NCBI GenBank assembly: GCA_963775685.1
Contig: CAVZJV010000014.1
Location: 192,001 to 256,000 of the forward strand
From: Candidatus Bathyarchaeota archaeon
GTDB lineage: Archaea > Thermoproteota > Bathyarchaeia > Bathyarchaeales > Bathycorpusculaceae
Length of the DNA stretch: 64,000 nucleotides
Direction of reading: 5' to 3'
Made by a program: the position numbers and the translations under genes
In this document: positions 60,146 through 64,000 of the stretch, in pieces
Position numbering within the stretch: the first letter of the stretch is position 1
How the letters are laid out: each line of letters starts with the position of its first letter
The notes under the pieces: model-generated
Database searches by the model: none
What the model was told of the DNA's origin: nothing
The model's input: only the letters and a program-made list of their open reading frames with translations

Positions 60146-61639
60146 TAAAACATTACAAACAGCTCACTTTAAACCATTTTCTCAAAACCCTATCTCGCCT
60201 CTGCTGGGTTAGTATATTGGGTCCTTTAGAAACATCACTAATAGGTTTGGTTACTTGCTATGAGTGAAGTGAAAAAGTTCGTTGTTTTCATAGACGAGTT
60301 TTTAGAATCTACTTCAATGGATCCACTTTTTGTTTGATATCGGTATTCTGAAGTTAAAAAGTTAAAATCGACAAGGGTAACCTGAAAGAAATTGCCGTTG
60401 TTCAAATACCATTGAATATAGGAATCAATTTTAAAGGTAAACGATAGGCGATATTAGGCAGTGATAGCATCGGCACCAGGAAAGTCTATTCTTTGAGCAT
60501 AAACGATTTTTATCTAACTTCACATGATAATCCCCTATAAACCTACATAGTAAACTATGCATCATCAAACAATTATACCCCGTACACGTGGAAAAAGAGT
60601 GTTGAAGATTTTTGAATTCACCGAGAGGTAACGGAATAACTGCCTATTAGTATGCAACGGAACAAGTGCATTAAATTATTTTGCAACCCCCAATAAACAT
60701 CAAACCTTCTTTAATTCAGTTAGGCTTGTTGCTTTATATACCGGGTCTAAAAGTGTTCTGTCAGGTCTTCAGTTATCTTTTTAAAATGAAGACTTTAGGT
60801 TAAAGGCGTTAAAAGTGGAGAGTATCATTTAGTTCCGCTACGACTAAATGGGCTATATACTCAACTCTGCAAAAACACTTGGGATGACGAGCAATATGCT
60901 TTTATCTGTTGATTCATTCAGAATAAGGTGTTCGAGTAGCCAGATGCCTCCTGCTGAAAATATAAGAATGATGCCAGCAGTAAAATAATCCAAAGCTTTT
61001 GATTTATTCAGTTATCGTTATACCAGCTAACAAGTGACTTTGCATAAATAATTTTTGATAGAGAAGACTAAATCACTCCATAATATTGTAACACATCTTT
61101 GAAATAAACAATTTTTTCTTTAGTACAACGATTTTGTTTATCTCATTTTTTGATTAAACGGTTGACCGTTTAACAAAAAGACTTTTGGGTTGATCGCGTT
61201 TTTTGCTCAAGTGCATTTGGGCCTCTATTTTTATTCAATGTTTGCTTGTAGCGGCGAAAAGTAAGTTACCGTTGGTGGATTAAGACTATTTCCAAGCACA
61301 CAACTGACTGATTCTCTCTAAGATAAAAGATAGCAACCTTAATTTCGAGTTTTAAATAACCCTAATTTCGTGCGAGAAAATCAACTTCTTATTCTAATAA
61401 CTTCTACCACTGCTGTCATTTTGTTATTTATAGCTTATTTGTTAGTTAATTTTAGTAATGGACAGACAATGCCAATGATGACTTCTACGCCCACTCCTAC
61501 TCCCCGCGGCAAATAACTCCGAGTAACATTTGTTTTAGTTGGAACGGCAATCATCATATCCGTAGCTGTTGTTGTAATTTATTTTTTCTATTTAAGAAAA
61601 AAGAAAAGCATATTTTCTGAATCCAAATTCTCGCCAAGC

Positions 61640-62124
61640 ATGGGAAGTCAACCAACAGGTGGTTTAAAAATAGATTCAAGCGACAAAGTCTCACTCCCTT
61701 TCGAGGTCTTTCTTTGCTACAAAAAGAGTTCAGGAAGAGATTATGCTGACCATTTGAAATCAGGTTTAGAAGAGCTTGGATTGCACACGTTCGAGGACTG
61801 TAAAGATATACCTCAGACTGTTGACACAGAAGAAGGTTGGGCATGTTCTCGTGATAGAGCGTTGGAGGAAAGTAAGTATTTTGTTGTTATCCTGACTCCT
61901 GGTTTTGAATTGTCACGTGAGGTGGTTAACGAAATTGGATGGCAAGAAAGCAAGCCAATAAAACGTTTGTTTATTTTAGGCATCGAAGCATGGGCAGAAA
62001 CATAGTGGTTAATTTGGGGGATGAGGTTTTAGATATCGGAAGACTTGAACAAGTCTCTTTTGAGACCAAAGAGGAATTGTTGCGGATTGCGCATAATATC
62101 CTTTTAAAGACTAACACAATGTAG
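61640..62124 (+). CDS. Stand-alone TIR-domain protein, frameshift near 61939
   Basis: VFLCYK....DYA..L...L...G...F.D; AL..S..FVVILTP...S..V.NEI/.MA. Confidence 0.75.
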
Positions 62125-62273
62125 ATTCCATTAACATACCACTTACAATATTCTTTAATTAGGGTAGTTATTATTTTGTTGGATGAAAAATTGGGGCAGC
62201 CTGACATAGGTTTTTAAGTAATCCACTAACAAATATTTTGACCGGGAAAATTAGGCAACGTTTGCTTCTTGGG

Positions 62274-62621
62274 TTATCCTACTTCTCTTCTTGTTGTTCC
62301 ACAATTTGTGCATCTGAAGAGGGTGATAGTTGAGTGGCTGGTCTCGTTCGCCGTTTCCACGTTCCAAGTTTCGCTTTCGTTGTAACCGCACTTTGAACAA
62401 ACGACCTTAACTATGGATAGTTGTCTTAGCGAAGCTGCTTTTTTGTCTATGACCACAATTTCTACTAATTTTTTACTGGGTACATTTATTTTTTGTTTTG
62501 TTTCTTCTTTGTTTAGAGGTTTTTGATATTTACATTTTGGGCATCTAAATGAAGGAGAGCCCTTCCTGACTACTTGGAGTAATGCCCCGCATTGTGGACA
62601 AAAGTTCAATGTGGTCACCAA
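62274..62621 (-). CDS. TFS/RpoM-like double zinc-ribbon protein lacking the ADE catalytic hairpin
   Basis: FCPQCG.LL...CPKC.Y and CSKCG...FRCTNCG; ETANETSHST replaces QTRSADE. Confidence 0.8.
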   Translation of the reverse strand: MVTTLNFCPQCGALLQVVRKGSPSFRCPKCKYQKPLNKEETKQKINVPSKKLVEIVVIDKKAASLRQLSIVKVVCSKCGYNESETWNVETANETSHSTITLFRCTNCGTTRREVG

Positions 62622-62634
62622 TATGGAGGCTTTT

Positions 62635-63170
62635 CTAATTGTAAATGCTTTTTATGTCTTGCGACTTTATGCATTTGGGAATGCAAAAAACAATCCATCT
62701 ATAGCAACCCTCAAAGTTAATTGGAATCTTGGATTGCTCGGCAATCTTTGCATATAACGCTTGATAGTATTCTACTTTGGCGTTTTGTTTTTTTAGCCTA
62801 AGAGAATCTACTATCCCATGAACAACCTCAAAACCCACTATCTTCTGCTAATTGAGCCTCATTCAGAAACGCTTCTCGCCCAAACGAACAAACCCAAATA
62901 TGACCATCGACAATGCTGAATTTAGCATTTTTGAATCCTAAATAGCCAAAACAGGTAACCAGGATCCATTTAAGAGCCTTTGCCGCTTATCATAAACCTC
63001 CATAAAGTATGCTAACTAAACGTTCAAGGTCTGCTGTTGTTCCTGAAACATGGATTTTGGGTTGGAATTTGTCGATTAGGCGGATGCGTTCGTCCTTTTT
63101 CGCTTATGATCTATACAACTACTTCCCCTTCATCACCAGGATAAACATCAAGATCCTGCCCTTAACCTGC
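62635..63170 (-). pseudogene. Internally deleted polB2 remnant
   Basis: ERIRLID.F.P...VSG joined to ALKWILVTCFGYLGFKNAKF and GFEVVHGIVDSL, with stops and frameshifts. Confidence 0.75.
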
Positions 63171-63784
63171 TAAACCTCCAAACAATCTGAAACTTTTTTT
63201 CATAGTTAATCTTGTGAGCACAAGCATCAGCTCAAATCCATATAAAACAAATGGACAAAACTTCTTAGCGTAGAAGTGAAGGGAAGTATGACAGTGAAAT
63301 TCCCAAGCGCGAAAAGTAGCCTCAATTTCTCAATATCAATATTTTTATGGTTTCAATTTAGTACTGTTTAGTAAACCTTTTAAGCATCTGAATATATCAA
63401 GACACACTATATAATACAAAAACAAGGAAGTGACAGACCATGGATCGCCCATATACACTCCCATGCCAGAAAGCAAGCTTTAGCAGCTGTGAAGGATGTC
63501 CAAAAGAAGACTGCCATTCAAAGCATTACCTAAGCATGGAACCACAAAAAATTTACGCATAACTGATGAAAGATTCCATAACATCATCTACAATTAAAAG
63601 TGTTTTCTGAAAATGATCAGAAGAGGAAAATTAAACCGAATTTGACCGCAAAGGAACTTCACTTTAAATGTTAGGCGTAAATAGCAATTAACAAGTATTT
63701 TTAATGAAGGTTCGCTAACTTAATTTCTACCTTTACGCTTCAATTTCTTACTTGTTCAAAACTGCTGTGGAAAAAACGCAAAAG

Positions 63785-64000
63785 TTAGCTTATGATTGTT
63801 CCAACGTTTCCGCCCTCGATCGCAATTAAAATGTTTTCAGGCTTAAAGCCGTTCACGACTACCAGTTTTAGCCGTTTGCGTCTGAGAACTTTAATGGCTT
63901 CAGGATCAATAATTTGGTGAATTCCTGCTTTGTGCTCGCAGTGTTCAAAGACGGCAGCTAAATCCTCAAGCGATAAACGGTCAAATTTCACCGCATTTGG
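63785..64000 (-). CDS. pyrH: UMP kinase, C-terminal part (runs off the window)
   Basis: PNA.KF..L...AG...IIDP.A.K...R......VVNG...........VGT.I. Confidence 0.8.
   Translation of the reverse strand, partial: PNAVKFDRLSLEDLAAVFEHCEHKAGIHQIIDPEAIKVLRRKRLKLVVVNGFKPENILIAIEGGNVGTIIS

Noticed and set aside
60200-61620. 1.4 kb without long ORFs as a possible RNA gene or origin
   Set aside because: No rRNA, tRNA or SRP features and no repeated ORB-like boxes seen; looks like degraded coding fragments.

Overview
Archaeal chromosomal segment, most consistent with Bathyarchaeia (TACK). This is inferred from DGGGP synthase, aIF-2beta, archaeal DnaG, PolB3-type and PolB2 polymerases, CdvB/ESCRT-III, DUF373/DUF424, and large beta-propeller surface proteins with C-terminal anchors. 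Many genes carry single-base frameshifts, often at homopolymers, so the sequence is probably an imperfectly polished assembly and pseudogene calls are tentative. Main points: (1) a ~9 kb capsid-less integrated element (~5.8-14.8 kb) with two unrelated tyrosine recombinases, a divergent wHTH/AbrB switch, a Prim-Pol plus D5-type helicase replicon with an ori-like inverted repeat, and small nuclease-like cargo, ending next to cdvB; (2) one protein joining an exported CXXCH domain, through a Pro/Thr tether, to a CcsA/CcmF-type heme-handling WWD domain, a candidate self-maturing cytochrome c; (3) an orphan contractile sheath gene beside a stand-alone NurA/HerA-like pair; (4) a TIR-domain gene facing a TFS paralogue that lacks the catalytic acidic residues; (5) a PolB with a degenerate ExoI motif, a decayed polB2, and apparent ACG and CTG starts in dnaG and sdhB. 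I found no rRNA, tRNA or CRISPR array. Family calls come from motif recognition by eye, not from database searches.
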